64,000 nt of DNA from an uncultured delta proteobacterium (GTDB taxonomy: Bacteria > Myxococcota > Myxococcia > Myxococcales > Anaeromyxobacteraceae), in the NCBI GenBank assembly GCA_963766715.1, contig CAVYBH010000017.1:133396-197395 (forward strand), in the 5' to 3' direction. The position numbers were made by a program, and so were the translations under genes. Shown one piece after another: positions 47,717 to 58,723 of this stretch; the first letter of the stretch is position 1; each line of letters starts with the position of its first letter. The notes under the pieces are model-generated. The model saw only the letters and a list, made by a program, of their open reading frames with translations, was not told the origin of the DNA and did no database searches.

Positions 47717-47735
47717 GCGAACGCAACCCCCCGGA

Positions 47736-48122
47736 TCACGCGCCCGAGGCCGCCAGCCGGGCCGCCACGATCCCGGCCACACCGGCCACCCAGGCGAGGA
47801 CGACGGTGGCCCCGACGTAGGCCGCGGCGAGCCCCCAGTGGCCTCGCTGGGCGAGCGAGAGGGTCTCGTGGTTGAACGAGGAGTAGGTGGTGAATCCGCC
47901 CAGGACCCCCACGGCGAGGAGCAGCCGGAGCTCCGGGCCGACCATGCCGACCTCGAGCCCGAGGTACATGACCACGCTGATGAGGAACGACCCGGTGGTG
48001 TTGATGGCCAGGGTGCCCCACGGGAAATCGGTTCCCCACGTGGACGTCACCCAGCTCCCGACGAGGTAGCGCGCGCCGCTCCCGATGGCGCCGCCGAGGC
48101 AGACGAGGAGGAGCTTCGACAT
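47736..48122 (-). CDS. crcB: Fluoride channel Fluc
   Basis: GGAIGSGARY, PWGTLAIN, GVLGGFTTYSSF. Confidence 0.95.
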   Translation of the reverse strand: MSKLLLVCLGGAIGSGARYLVGSWVTSTWGTDFPWGTLAINTTGSFLISVVMYLGLEVGMVGPELRLLLAVGVLGGFTTYSSFNHETLSLAQRGHWGLAAAYVGATVVLAWVAGVAGIVAARLAASGA

Positions 48123-48186
48123 GAGCGGCGCGGAGCATAGGCCGCGGGCCGCGTTCCCGGCAAGGCGGGCGCGGCGCCCGCGGCCC

Positions 48187-48634
48187 TCAACCACCGGTGG
48201 CACGGAGCAGCGCGCCGGCACGCCGAGCCACCGCGTCGTTTCCCTCGCCCAGCTCCCGCAGGTCGGCCTGGGCGACCTCCACCCGCGGTCCCCTGCCGGT
48301 CGCCGGCATCGGGGGGAACGGCCAGGAGCGCCTCCGCCCGCGCCAGGCGGACCTGCCGATCGTCGGGAGCGAGGCGCACGGCGGCCTCCGCGCAGAGCAG
48401 CGCCGTCCAGGGCTCGCCGCGCCGCCGCTCGACCTGGGACAGGAGCGCCCAGGCAAGCGCGTCCCGCGGGTTCGTCACCACGAGTCCTTCCAGCATCCCC
48501 CTCGCCGCGTCGAGGTCTCCGTCGGCGGCTTCCTGCGCCGCGAACGACGCCACCGCGGCGCCCAGCTCCTCGGTGAACCCCTGCACCTGCGCGAGCGTCA
48601 CGCCTGCCATCAGCTCCTCGGTCGTCGGGATCAT
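48187..48634 (-). CDS. TPR protein resembling SycD/LcrH class II T3SS chaperones (frameshift ~48312)
   Basis: LMAGVTLAQVQGFTEE...GDLDAARGMLEGLVVTNPRDALAWALL pattern. Confidence 0.65.
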
Positions 48635-48644
48635 GGTCTCTCGC

Positions 48645-49579
48645 TCACCGGAGGTTCTGGACGGCCACCATGCTGGTGTCGTGCATGCTCTTCATGACGT
48701 TGGAAACTAGCGTGAACATTTGATTCTGCTTATCGACCAGGCGCTGGATCTCGAGCATCTGGAGCCGCTCGTCCGGTGAGCCGGCCTCGCCGGTCCCGGT
48801 CTTTGGATCGGGCTTGGGCTTGGTCTTGGTATCGGTCTTGGTGTCCGTCTTCGTGTCGGTCTTCTTGGCCGGGGCCTTCTTGGCCGTGGACGACTCGCCC
48901 GCCACCATCGCGCCGAGTCCCTGGCCGAGGGCGAGCGCAGCGGGTGCGAGCATGGGCAGCCCCACGGCCGTGGCCAGCGCGGCGAGAACCGGCCCACCCA
49001 GGGCCTGGAGGGCGTCCTTCAGGAACTCGTCGACGCCGCCGAAGATCGAATCGGCGATGGCGAGCGGCGGGACGAGCACCTTGAGGATGGTCCCGAAGAT
49101 GCCGCCACCGTCGTCCTGCTTCTTCGCCTCGGTCCCGCCCTCCCCGTACTTGGCCTTGTAGTCCTCCATCTTCTGCGTGAGCTCGCCGTCGAGCTTCTTC
49201 TGGACCGCCGCCATGAACCGGGCGAGCTTCTCCTCCACGCTGAGGGAGGCATCGGTGAGGAACGACCACTCTCCCGTGATCTTCGGGCCGGTGGACGCCT
49301 TCGGCTTCGACGCGGTGGCGGCGGCTGGACGCCGCGGTGGCGTAGCCGGCCCCGGAGCCGGGGCGCGACCGCCGAGGGCGACACCAGCCACGACGCCGAG
49401 GAGCCGGACCCGGCGCCCAGGATCCACGGGAGCTGGATCGCGCCCGCGCCGTCCTCCGGGAGGCCGGGCGCCTCCACGGCTTTCGGACCCCGGGCGGAGC
49501 TGCTCCGATCCTGCCCGGCGACCTCGTCGGTGGGGACGGAGAGGCGTGGGGAAGAGGGGATGGCCTGCGCGATGGACAT
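48645..49579 (-). CDS. Putative type III-secreted filament/translocator-like protein (frameshift ~49350)
   Basis: AAGGAGG SD; Ser/Pro-rich N-terminus; hydrophobic core; end LEIQRLVDKQNQMFTLVSNVMKSMHDTSMVAVQNLR. Confidence 0.6.
48800..48866 (-). repeat. 12-bp coding repeat (KTDT)x3 followed by KP tract
   Basis: KKTDTKTDTKTDTKTKPKPDPKT. Confidence 0.8.
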
Positions 49580-49618
49580 GGACGACCTCCTTGCGGTGAG
49601 AGGAACGGAGGGACGCCT

Positions 49619-49634
49619 AGCGCGTCGCGTGCCA
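49619..49634 (-). promoter_or_regulatory. Sigma54-type promoter
   Basis: TGGCACGCGACGCGCT (GG-N10-GC), 39 nt before the ATG at 49579. Confidence 0.6.
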
Positions 49635-49713
49635 GCCCGGCGCCGCCCGCCCGGAAGCCCATTCCCGGGCCCCGCGGGACGCACCTCCGACCACCCGGCC
49701 GCGCCGCGTCCGT

Positions 49714-49742
49714 TTGACCCCGCTTCCGCACGCTTCTAGATT
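49714..49742 (+). promoter_or_regulatory. Sigma70 promoter, leaderless ruvX
   Basis: TTGACC-N17-TAGATT-N6-GTG. Confidence 0.65.
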
Positions 49743-49748
49743 GCGTCG

Positions 49749-50162
49749 GTGCGCTACCTCGGCATCGACCTCGGGCGGGCCCGCATCGGGCTGGCGCTCG
49801 CCGACGACATCCTGCGCTCGGCGCGCCCGCTGAAGGCCGTCCTGCATCGGAACGCGGACTCCGACCTGGCCGAGATCGGCGAGGTGGCCCGCGAGTACGA
49901 GGTGACCCAGGCCGTGGTCGGCCTGCCCCTCAACATGGACGGCTCCGAGGGGCCGGGCGCGAGGATGGCGCGCGCCTTCGCTCCCCGCCTCTCCAGCGCG
50001 CTGGGCGTCCCGGTCGACCTCTTCGACGAGCGGCTCTCCACCTTCGAGGCCCAGGACCGCCTCCGGGCCCGGGGCATCTCGTCGCGGGAGATGAAGGACC
50101 TGGTCGACGCCGAGGCCGCGGCCGTCATCCTGCAGGGATGGCTCGACCGGAGGGCGGCTTGA
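49749..50162 (+). CDS. ruvX: YqgF/RuvX pre-16S rRNA nuclease
   Basis: LGIDLG..RIGLA, VGLPLNMDG, DERLST, DAEAA. Confidence 0.94.
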   Translation: MRYLGIDLGRARIGLALADDILRSARPLKAVLHRNADSDLAEIGEVAREYEVTQAVVGLPLNMDGSEGPGARMARAFAPRLSSALGVPVDLFDERLSTFEAQDRLRARGISSREMKDLVDAEAAAVILQGWLDRRAA

Positions 50163-51232
50163 AGATCGTCCGGCTCCTCGGGTTCCTGGTCTTCCTCTCG
50201 GTGCTGGCCGGCGCGGCCTTCGTCTGGACCACCTGGCGCGAGCTGCGGGGCTTCCGCGACACCCCGTTCGGAAGCGGCGCCGAGAAGATCGTGGAGATCG
50301 ATCCGGGCACCAACGCGCACGGGGTCATCCGGCGCCTCGCCGAGGCCGGGGTCCTCTCCGACGAGCAGACCGCCTGGCGCTACATGCGCATGTGGAAGCG
50401 GGACAAGCGCACCCTGAAGGCGGGCGAGTACGCGTTCAGCGGTCCGCTGCTCCCCGACGACGTCCTCGAGCGCATCTACCGGGGTGAGGTGAAGACCTGG
50501 AAGTTCACCGTTCCGGAAGGGCTCCGGGCGGACGAGATTGCGCCCATCATCGAGAAGGCCTCCCTGGGCAAGAGCGACGAGGTCCTCGTCCTGATGCGCG
50601 ATCCGGACTTCGCGATGGAGCTCGGGTTGCCCTTCCCCTCGCTCGAGGGATTCCTCTTCCCGGACACCTACGCCTTTCCGCACAGCGCGAAGCCGCGGGA
50701 CATCCTGGGCGCGATGGTGGCGCGGTACCGGGAGGCCTGGGACAAGGCCCAGGCCAAGCGGAAGCCGGGGGTGACGCTCGACGAGGCCCAGGCCGTGGTC
50801 CTCGCCTCCATCATCGAGAAGGAGACCGGCCGCGCGGACGAGCGCCCGCGGATCTCCTGCGTGTTCCACAACCGGCTGGCCAAGGGGATGAAGCTGCAGA
50901 CCGATCCGACCGTGATGTACGCGACCATGCTCCGCCGCGGCGGGACCTGGTCGAACAACATCACGAAGAAGGACCTGGCCGCGCCGCACCCCTACAACAC
51001 CTACGCGGTCGCCGGCCTCCCGCCCGGACCGATCGCGAACCCGGGCGAGGCGGCGCTGGCGGCGGCCATCGCTCCCTCCGACTGCAAGGACCTCTACTTC
51101 GTCTCGAGGAACGACGGCTCCCACGTCTTCTGCCCGGATCTCCGGTGCCACCAGGAGGCGGTCCGGGAGTGGCAGGTGGAGTTCTTCCGGGCCCGTCGCG
51201 CCGCCCGGGAGAGCGCGGCCGTCTCCCGGTAG
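50159..51232 (+). CDS. mltG: Endolytic transglycosylase MltG
   Basis: LEGFLFPDTY, ASIIEKET, LQTDPT, YNTY, GLPPGPI. Confidence 0.95.
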   Translation: MKIVRLLGFLVFLSVLAGAAFVWTTWRELRGFRDTPFGSGAEKIVEIDPGTNAHGVIRRLAEAGVLSDEQTAWRYMRMWKRDKRTLKAGEYAFSGPLLPDDVLERIYRGEVKTWKFTVPEGLRADEIAPIIEKASLGKSDEVLVLMRDPDFAMELGLPFPSLEGFLFPDTYAFPHSAKPRDILGAMVARYREAWDKAQAKRKPGVTLDEAQAVVLASIIEKETGRADERPRISCVFHNRLAKGMKLQTDPTVMYATMLRRGGTWSNNITKKDLAAPHPYNTYAVAGLPPGPIANPGEAALAAAIAPSDCKDLYFVSRNDGSHVFCPDLRCHQEAVREWQVEFFRARRAARESAAVSR

Positions 51233-51260
51233 CCGCGCGCGGCGGGCGGCCCCGTCGCGA

Positions 51261-52127
51261 TCAGTCCGCGAGCCTCGGGACCCGGGCGTCGACCCAGGCC
51301 TTCGCCCCCGTGGCGCCCAGGATGAGCGCGCCACCCAGGATCGCCAGGAGCATCGGTCGCTCGCCGTGGACCACCCAGGCCCATACCGGGTTCAGCGCGG
51401 GCTCCACCAGGAGGAGCAGCGCCACGTCGATGGCCGGCAACGTCCGGACGCCGTTCGTGAGGAAGTAGTAGGCCCCGGCCACCTGGAAGACGCCCAGGTA
51501 GACGAGCGCCGCCCAGTCCCCCGCCGTCACGAGCGACAGGGAGCGGAGGAAGGGCAGGCAGAGGAGCGCGGCGAAGACGTTGCCGAGCACCGCCGCCGCC
51601 ATCGGCGAGCTGCCCCGCTGCTCCGACATCCACCGGAGCCCCATGATGGCGAACGCCCAGGTCACGCCGGAGAGGAGCGCGAGAACGTTGCCGCGAACGG
51701 GGTCGGGCGCGGTCCGGACCGGGGCGCCGGTGTGGAAGAAGACGAGGAGCAGCCCGATCGCCACGGGGATCATGAGGACGAGGTCGCTGCGGCTCGCCCG
51801 CTCCCGCAGCAGCCACGGGCCCAGGAGCAGGACGTAGAGGGGAGCGGTGGACTGGAGGAAGATGCTCGCCGCGGAGGTGGTGAGCTTGTTCGCGGAGACG
51901 AAGAGGACGAGCGAGCCCGCGAACGCCAGCCCCACCCCTGCAGCGCGCAAGGTGTAGCCGCGGCGCGCCGCGGGAACCAGCGCCACCAGCGCGATCGCGG
52001 CGATCGCCGACCGGATGCCCGCCACCTCGAAGCCGGACAGCGTCGTCGCCTTGATGGCCGCGCCGCCGGTGGAGAAGAGCAGGGCGGCGAGGACGATCTC
52101 GATGCGGGCGCGGCGGACCGGGAGCAC
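51261..52127 (-). CDS. DMT/EamA transporter
   Basis: About 10 TM segments, LLLVEPALNPVW..GERP. Confidence 0.9.
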   Translation of the reverse strand: MLPVRRARIEIVLAALLFSTGGAAIKATTLSGFEVAGIRSAIAAIALVALVPAARRGYTLRAAGVGLAFAGSLVLFVSANKLTTSAASIFLQSTAPLYVLLLGPWLLRERASRSDLVLMIPVAIGLLLVFFHTGAPVRTAPDPVRGNVLALLSGVTWAFAIMGLRWMSEQRGSSPMAAAVLGNVFAALLCLPFLRSLSLVTAGDWAALVYLGVFQVAGAYYFLTNGVRTLPAIDVALLLLVEPALNPVWAWVVHGERPMLLAILGGALILGATGAKAWVDARVPRLAD

Positions 52128-52303
52128 GCGCGGAGAATCCCCCGGGAGCGGCAGATCGGCAACCACTCCCGCCTTTGGGGCGCGTACCTTTCCTCTCACG
52201 CGGTCCCTTCCATCCCCCCGGGGGGCGCTGCTATGTTGCCGCGGATTGACGCCCTCCCCGTCCCCAGCCCCGGCGCTCGCACCGCGCCTGGATCGCCGCC
52301 GCC

Positions 52304-53545
52304 GTGATCGGCTCGGCGACCGCCATTGGCGTGGCGGCCTTCGTTCTCGCGACCTCCTCGTCGGCTCCCTCCCTGCGGACCGAGGCGCTGGCTTCCGTCC
52401 CTGCGGTCGCCCCGGCCGTCGCGCCCCCGCCCGCCCCCGTCGCTCCGCCCAATCGGACGGTGTCCCTCTCGCGACTGGTCGGCCGGAACCAGAACCCCAC
52501 CCAGGTCCTGTCGGCCCTGGGCTTCCAGGGAGCCGAGTTGCAAGGGACCCTCGCGGCGCTCGAGGAGGTCCTCTCGTTCCGCCGCACCCGGCCCACCGAC
52601 CAGGTTCGCGTCGAGCGGACCGCGCCGGACGGCGCGCTTCGTTCCCTCTCCTGGCGCCAGGGCCCGGCCGACGAGTTCCTCGTCCTTCCCTGCGGGACCG
52701 GGCTGTGCGCCCGCAAGCGCGACGTCACCGTGACCCGCGAGACCGTTCGCGTCTCGGTGACCATCCGGAGCTCGGTCTCGGAGGCCCTCCAGTCGGCGGG
52801 GCACGACGTCGGGCTCGTGGCGTCCGCGGCCGACGTGCTGGCCTGGGACGTCGACTTCTACCAGGACGTCCGCGTCGGCGACTCGCTCAAGCTGGTCGTC
52901 GAGCGGTTCGAGGCCGACGGTCGATTCCTGCGCCACGGCGAGGTGCTCGCCGCCGAGTACGAGGGCAAGGCGGCGGGTCGCAAGCGCCTCTTCCGCTACA
53001 CCGATCCCTCCGGCGAGACCGGCTACTTCGACGATGCGGGCACGAGCGCCCGGCGCGGCTTCCTCAAGGCCCCCGTGCCCTACGTGCACCTGACCTCCCG
53101 GTTCGGCAGCCGCCTCCACCCGCTCCTCGGCTACGTGCGGGCCCACCAGGGAGTCGACTACGGCGCCCCGGAAGGCACGCCGGTCTGGGCCGTGGGCGAC
53201 GGCGTGGTGACCTCGGCCGGCTGGAGCGGCGGCTGCGGGCTGGCGGTGCAGATCCGGCATCGCAACGGGTTCGACTCCATGTACTGCCACCTCTCCAAGG
53301 TGAACGTGGCCACGGGCTCGCGGGTCGCCCAGAAGCAGGTGGTCGGCCGCGTGGGCAGCACCGGCATGTCCACCGGGCCGCACCTGCACTACGCGGTCCG
53401 CCGCGGCGGCTCCTACGTGAACCCGCTCCAGATCCAGCTGCCCCGCGGCGAGCCGGTTCGCGCCGAGTGGCGCGACGACTTCGTCTCCAAGATCGGCGCT
53501 TCCCGCGAGCAGCTCGACCGGGTCCCGGTCGCGCTGCTCGACTGA
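52304..53545 (+). CDS. M23 peptidase (MepM/Csd3-like)
   Basis: HQGVDYGAP, YCHLS, STGPHLHY. Confidence 0.92.
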   Translation: MIGSATAIGVAAFVLATSSSAPSLRTEALASVPAVAPAVAPPPAPVAPPNRTVSLSRLVGRNQNPTQVLSALGFQGAELQGTLAALEEVLSFRRTRPTDQVRVERTAPDGALRSLSWRQGPADEFLVLPCGTGLCARKRDVTVTRETVRVSVTIRSSVSEALQSAGHDVGLVASAADVLAWDVDFYQDVRVGDSLKLVVERFEADGRFLRHGEVLAAEYEGKAAGRKRLFRYTDPSGETGYFDDAGTSARRGFLKAPVPYVHLTSRFGSRLHPLLGYVRAHQGVDYGAPEGTPVWAVGDGVVTSAGWSGGCGLAVQIRHRNGFDSMYCHLSKVNVATGSRVAQKQVVGRVGSTGMSTGPHLHYAVRRGGSYVNPLQIQLPRGEPVRAEWRDDFVSKIGASREQLDRVPVALLD

Positions 53546-53548
53546 CCG

Positions 53549-56531
53549 TCACCGGGACGCGAGGCGTCTCTCCAGGCTCGCTCCCTGGGCGACGAGCGGA
53601 AGTCCCGGGTCGGCGCCTTTCCACGTCTCCCTCCACGCCTTGACCCGCACCCGGGCCTCGTCCGGGCGCCCCAGCCTGGCCAGTGACTCCGCGGCGAGGA
53701 GTTCCGCCCAGGGCTGGAGGCTGGCGAGCGGCGGCGAGGCGTAGATGGCGTGCATGGATCGAACGGCCTCGAACGCCTGCAGCGCCTCCGCGTCCCGGCC
53801 GTCCCCGGCGAGCGCCAGGCCGAGCAGGAACGGCGGTTCCACGCCCGGGCTCCGGCGCGCGACGTCGCCCAGGATCTCCGCGGCCTCGCCGTACCGCCTC
53901 TCCACCAGTGCGACCGCTCCGGCGAAGAGGCGCTCGGAGAGCGACCCCGGCGGCAGCGTGAGCGCCCTCACCCTTCCCTCCTCCGCCTCGCCCAGCCACG
54001 CCAGGAACCAGGCCTTGCGGTCGGCATCGACGTCCTCGCCGCTCGGCGGAAGCCGATGTTCCTGGAGCTGGCGACGCGCCCCCTCCCGGTCTCCTCCGGC
54101 GAGCGCCAGGTGGGCCATCTGCATGGTGTCCCAGACGTCGTACTGCTGACCGGCGCTCGCGCCGGCGACCGAGGCGAAGACCTCCCGTGCCTCGCGCCCC
54201 CGCCCCTGCGCCGCCAGCTGCATCGAGAGGACCTCGGCCGCGACGCGCCGCTGTCCAGGGTCCGCACCCGGGCGGAGCCACTGGCGCAGCTCCTTCTCTG
54301 CCTCGCCGGGGCGTCCGGCTCCGAACAGCAGTTCCGCGTACGCCGAGGAGGACTCGAAGTGGTGACCGTTCGAGACGGCGACGGCGTTCCTGGCGGCCGC
54401 GAAGGCCTCGGGCCAGCGATCCGCGGCGGCGAGCGCTCGCGCCACCATGGCCTGGGCCTGGGGCGAGGGGCGGAGCTTGGCGGCCTTCTCGGCGCGGGCG
54501 AGCGCCTCCTCCCGGGGTCCGAAGCGATCGATCCACCCGAACAGGTGGATGTAGGCGACGAGGTACGCAGGGTCGAGGTCGAGCGCGGCGCGGAAGAGCG
54601 CCGCCCCCCTCGCGAACCCGCCGGGCGTGTCTCCGTGCCAGAACGCCTCTCCCGCGACGTAGAGAACCTGCTTGTCGAGCGGGTAATCGAGCGCCAGTGC
54701 GTCGAGGATGCGCATGGCCTCCGCGTAGCGATTCTCCACGAAGGCCTGGTAGCCCAGGACGAGCCGCCGCTCCTTGTCCGGGAGCCGGCCGGTCTGCCGC
54801 GCGGCCGCTCGCATGTGGGCCCTGGGATCCTCGTCCGGCGCGTCGTGCCAGCCGGCCAGGATCGCCATCTCGAGGTGCGGCATGGCGAAATCCGGGTCGG
54901 CAGCCAGCGCGGCCTTGTACTCGGCGACGGCCGCCTGGATGTCGAAGCTCTCGTTGGCGAACTGCTGCCCGAGGAGGTAGTGGCGATAGGCCTCCAGGTT
55001 TCGCGTCACGGCCGGGCCAGCGCCCGGCGTCCGGGACGCCGTTTCTCCTGCGTCGCGAAGCGACTGCCGGACGGCGGCCGCGACGCGATCCACGACCTCC
55101 GCCATCGCCTCGGTCCCGGCGGATCCCGGCGTGCGCTCCTCGACGGCGAAGAGCGGCTCCATGCTCGCCGGCTCCATCGCTCGCACCTGGACCACGAGCG
55201 CCGGCCCGACGCGACGAACCTCCGGCACGAGCAGCACGTGCGCACCGAGCCGGCGCGCGATCTCCCGGGCCACGGCGGGCTCTATCCGCGCGGACGACCC
55301 CAGCGCATCCTGCGCCGCGAGGTCGAGGAGGCGCAGCCGGCCCGGGACGTCCAGGGCGCGCGACTGCTCGAGCGCGGTCACCAGCATGGGCGAGATCGAA
55401 TCGAGCGCCGGGTCGCCGGCGCGGTTCAAGGGATCCGCGACCACGACGAGGGTCCGTCCTGGATGGACGGCCACGGGGGCCGGCGTGGCGCGGTGGTGCA
55501 GGAAGGCCCCGAGCGCCGTTCCTCCCGCGAGCGCCGCGACCCCCCATGCCAGGGCGGCCAGGCGGGGGCGCCTCCGCGCCCGGGGCCGCTCCCGGTCGGC
55601 CTGCGGCTGCCTGTCCGCGGACGGCACGTCCATCTCCTCGAGCTCTCGCCCCACCGCCGCCGCATCGCGCGGCCGGTCCACCGGGTCGCGCGCGAGCATC
55701 CTCTGCACCAGGCCGCCGAGCTCGGGGATCTCGGGCACCTCCAGGACCGGCGGTCCGCGCTCGTCCCTCGCGCCCTTCTCACCCGGGAAAGGGGAGCTCC
55801 CCGGTCAGGATCTGGAAGAGGAGCACGCCCAGGGCGAAGACGTCGGTGCGCTCGTCCTCGGGGGCGCCGCGCCATTGCTCGGGGGCCATGTAGGCCGGCG
55901 TCCCCCCCTCGACCCCGCGCTGGCCGAAGGCTCGGGCGAGCCCGAAGTCGAGCACCTTGGCGTGCCCTTCGTCCAGGATGAAGACGTTCGACGGCTTCAG
56001 GTCGCGGTGGACGATCCCCGCCGCGTGGGCATGCGCCAGGGCGGCGGCCACGTCCCGGGCCACGTGCAGCGCCTGCCTCGCCGGGAGCGTTCCCGCCTCC
56101 AGCCGCTCGGCCAGGGTCTGGCCCCGCAGCATCTCGAGGACCAGGTAGGGCCCGTACTCGGAGTGACCGAGGTCGTGGAGCTGGACGATGTTGGGATGGG
56201 ACAGCCGCGCGGCCGCTGCCGCCTCCCGCACGAGGCGCTCCTCCCGGAGCGCGCCCTGGTGCACGCTGGCGACCGACTTGAACGCGACGGTGCGGCCCAG
56301 CGAGAGGTCCCGCGCCTCGTAGACCACGCCGAAGCCGCCGCGCCCGATCTCGCGGACGATCTCGAACCGCCCCTCGACGATGACGCCCGGGTGCAGCCGA
56401 GCCGCGACCTGTCCGACGTCGACGTCCGGGGAGTAGGCGATTTCCCTGAGGAGCGCAGAGATGGAACGTCCGCCGAAAGGCCGGCGGTCAGGACTGGCAA
56501 TCGCCCCGGTTCGGCCGTTCGAGCCGGCCAT
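53549..56531 (-). CDS. Membrane Ser/Thr kinase with TPR-rich C-terminal region (frameshift ~55780)
   Basis: GRGGFG, HRDLKPSN, DFG, GTPAYMAPE, TM, TPR-like repeats. Confidence 0.9.
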
Positions 56532-56630
56532 GACGAGCCCCCCGCTCTTCCTTGCCCCTGCAAGGAAGAACGGTAGCACCGCCCGTGGTCCGTCGCGCCG
56601 GCCGAACCCCGAAGGGGCCCGATTCCCGGG

Positions 56631-58534
56631 TCAGCGCCTGCGCCGGCGGGCCTTCTCCGCGGCCAGGGTCTTCCCGAAGGCTTCCTTGCCGGTGAGGGAG
56701 GAGACGACCCGCTCCGCGTCGTCCGGGTTCACCTCGAGGAAGGTGTGGGTCCTTCGGATCTCCACCTTCGCGAGCTCCACGCCGGGCGCCAGGCCGGCCA
56801 CGGTCTCGCGGACCTTGGCCTCGTCCGCCCCGTCGACCTCGCCGGCGCTCACGAAGATGCGGGACCGGGCCGGACCCCGGGGGTCGGCTCCGCGTCCGGC
56901 GCGTCCCCGTCGGGAGGCCGGGATTCGGCCACCACCGAGATCTCGACCGGCTCCTTCGCCGGCTCGCGCGTCTCCCGGGGCTCCTCGCGCCGCGGACGGC
57001 GCTCCCCGCGATCCCCGCGGTCGGGCCGGCCGGCGCGATCGCCGCGCTCCCGCCCTCCCCGATCCCTGCCCTCCGGGCGTCCCTCGGAGCGGCCTTCGCC
57101 CCGCGCCTCGCGCTTCGGGGCGACGCGCTGCTCCTTCTTCTCGTGGACGTCGAGCTTGTGCACCGCCTTCACGAGGTCCTGCACCTTCTCGATCCGGTGG
57201 CGGTTGAAGAAGAACTTGAGGGCGAAGGCCACCAGGTGGTCGCCGTCCGGACGGCCGCGGAGCTCCTGGGCGAGCGGGATGAACGCCTCGAAGATCGAGG
57301 AGTTCATGCCCTCGCGGAGCTCGGCCACGTGCCGGTCCGTCCAGAGGCGCCGGGCCTCCTCCTGCGTGGGCATCTGCTTCTCCTCGAAGACCACGCCGAA
57401 CTTCTTCTGGAGGACGCCGAGCGTGATGCCCTCCGCGCCGGTGACGAGCGAGAGCGCCGTGCCCTTCTTCCCGATGCGCCCGGTGCGGCCGGCCCGGTGC
57501 AGGTACACCGCCGGGTCCTCCGGCAGCGAGTAGTTGATGACGTGGGACAGGTCGGAGATGTCGATGCCGCGCGCCGCGATGTCGGTGGCCACCATGAAGC
57601 GGACCTCGCCGCGCTTCACCTTGGCCATGACCCGCTCGCGCTCCTTCTGCGGCAGCTCGCCGTTCAGGAGCTCGGCCTCGTAGCCGTTGCGGTTCAGCAC
57701 CGCGGTGATGAGCGAGGTGTCACTGCGCGTGTTGCAGAAGACGATGGCCGACTCGGGCTCCTCGATCTCCACCATGTAGAGGAGGTTTCGCGGCTTCGGG
57801 TAGGACTCGTTCGTGTGGTAGAGCACGTTGCGGATGTTGTCGACGCGGTACTCGTCGCCCGAGAGGAGGATCGTCTCCGGATCGGTGAGGTACTCGCGGA
57901 TGATCTGCTCGATGTCGGCCGGGACGGTGGCGGAGAAGAGCAGCTGCTGGCAGTCGTCGGGAAGGTGGTCGAGGATCCGCGTCACCTCCTCGAAGAAGCC
58001 CATGTTGAGCATCTCGTCGGCCTCGTCGAGGCAGGCCACCATGCAGGTGGACAGGTCGAGGGTGTGCCGGCGGATGTGGTCGTAGATCCGTCCCGGCGTC
58101 CCCACGATGATCTCGGCGCCGGCGTGGAGCGCGTCGAGCTGGTCGCCCATGGAGGCGCCGCCGTAGATGGTCGCGACCCGGAGCCCCTTCACCTTGGCGA
58201 GCGCCGCGAGCTCCTCCGCGACCTGGATGGCCAGCTCGCGGGTGGGGGCCATGATGAGCGCCGACGGCTTGCCCCGGCCGGCCGGGATGCGCTCGATCAT
58301 CGGGATGCCGAAGGCGGCGGTCTTGCCGGTGCCGGTCTTCGAGCGGACGATGACGTCCCTGCCCGCCAGGATGGGGCGGACGGTGGCCGACTGCACCGGC
58401 GTGGGGCGTTCGTAGCCGCGTTCGGCGATGGCGCGACGGACGGGCTCGGAAAGCCCCATGTCGTCGAAGGATGCTTCGGAGAAATAGTCGGAACGGACCT
58501 CGGACGGTCCTCCGGACGGAGCGGAGTCGCTCAA
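56631..58534 (-). CDS. DEAD-box RNA helicase with DbpA-type RNA-binding C-terminus (frameshift ~56870; start uncertain)
   Basis: TGTGKT, PTRELA, DEAD, SAT, ARGID, HRAGRTGR. Confidence 0.93.
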
Positions 58535-58723
58535 TGTGCTGCCCTTTCTGTGAAGGGCGCATGGCGGCTCGCCAGACTGCGTGGGCCTCGCTCCTCGAGC
58601 GGGGGCCGCGCCTTCGCGCGAACCGGCCATGCGCCGGACGTGCCTTGCGTGCAAGGCGGACTTCTCATATCACAACCACTGGGAACCGCAGAAATTCCCC
58701 GCCTTTCGCCCCCGGAGGCCTCG

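Noticed and set aside
48123..48186. Fluoride riboswitch before crcB
   Set aside because: No aptamer consensus; the -10 TATGCT lies 11 nt from the ATG.
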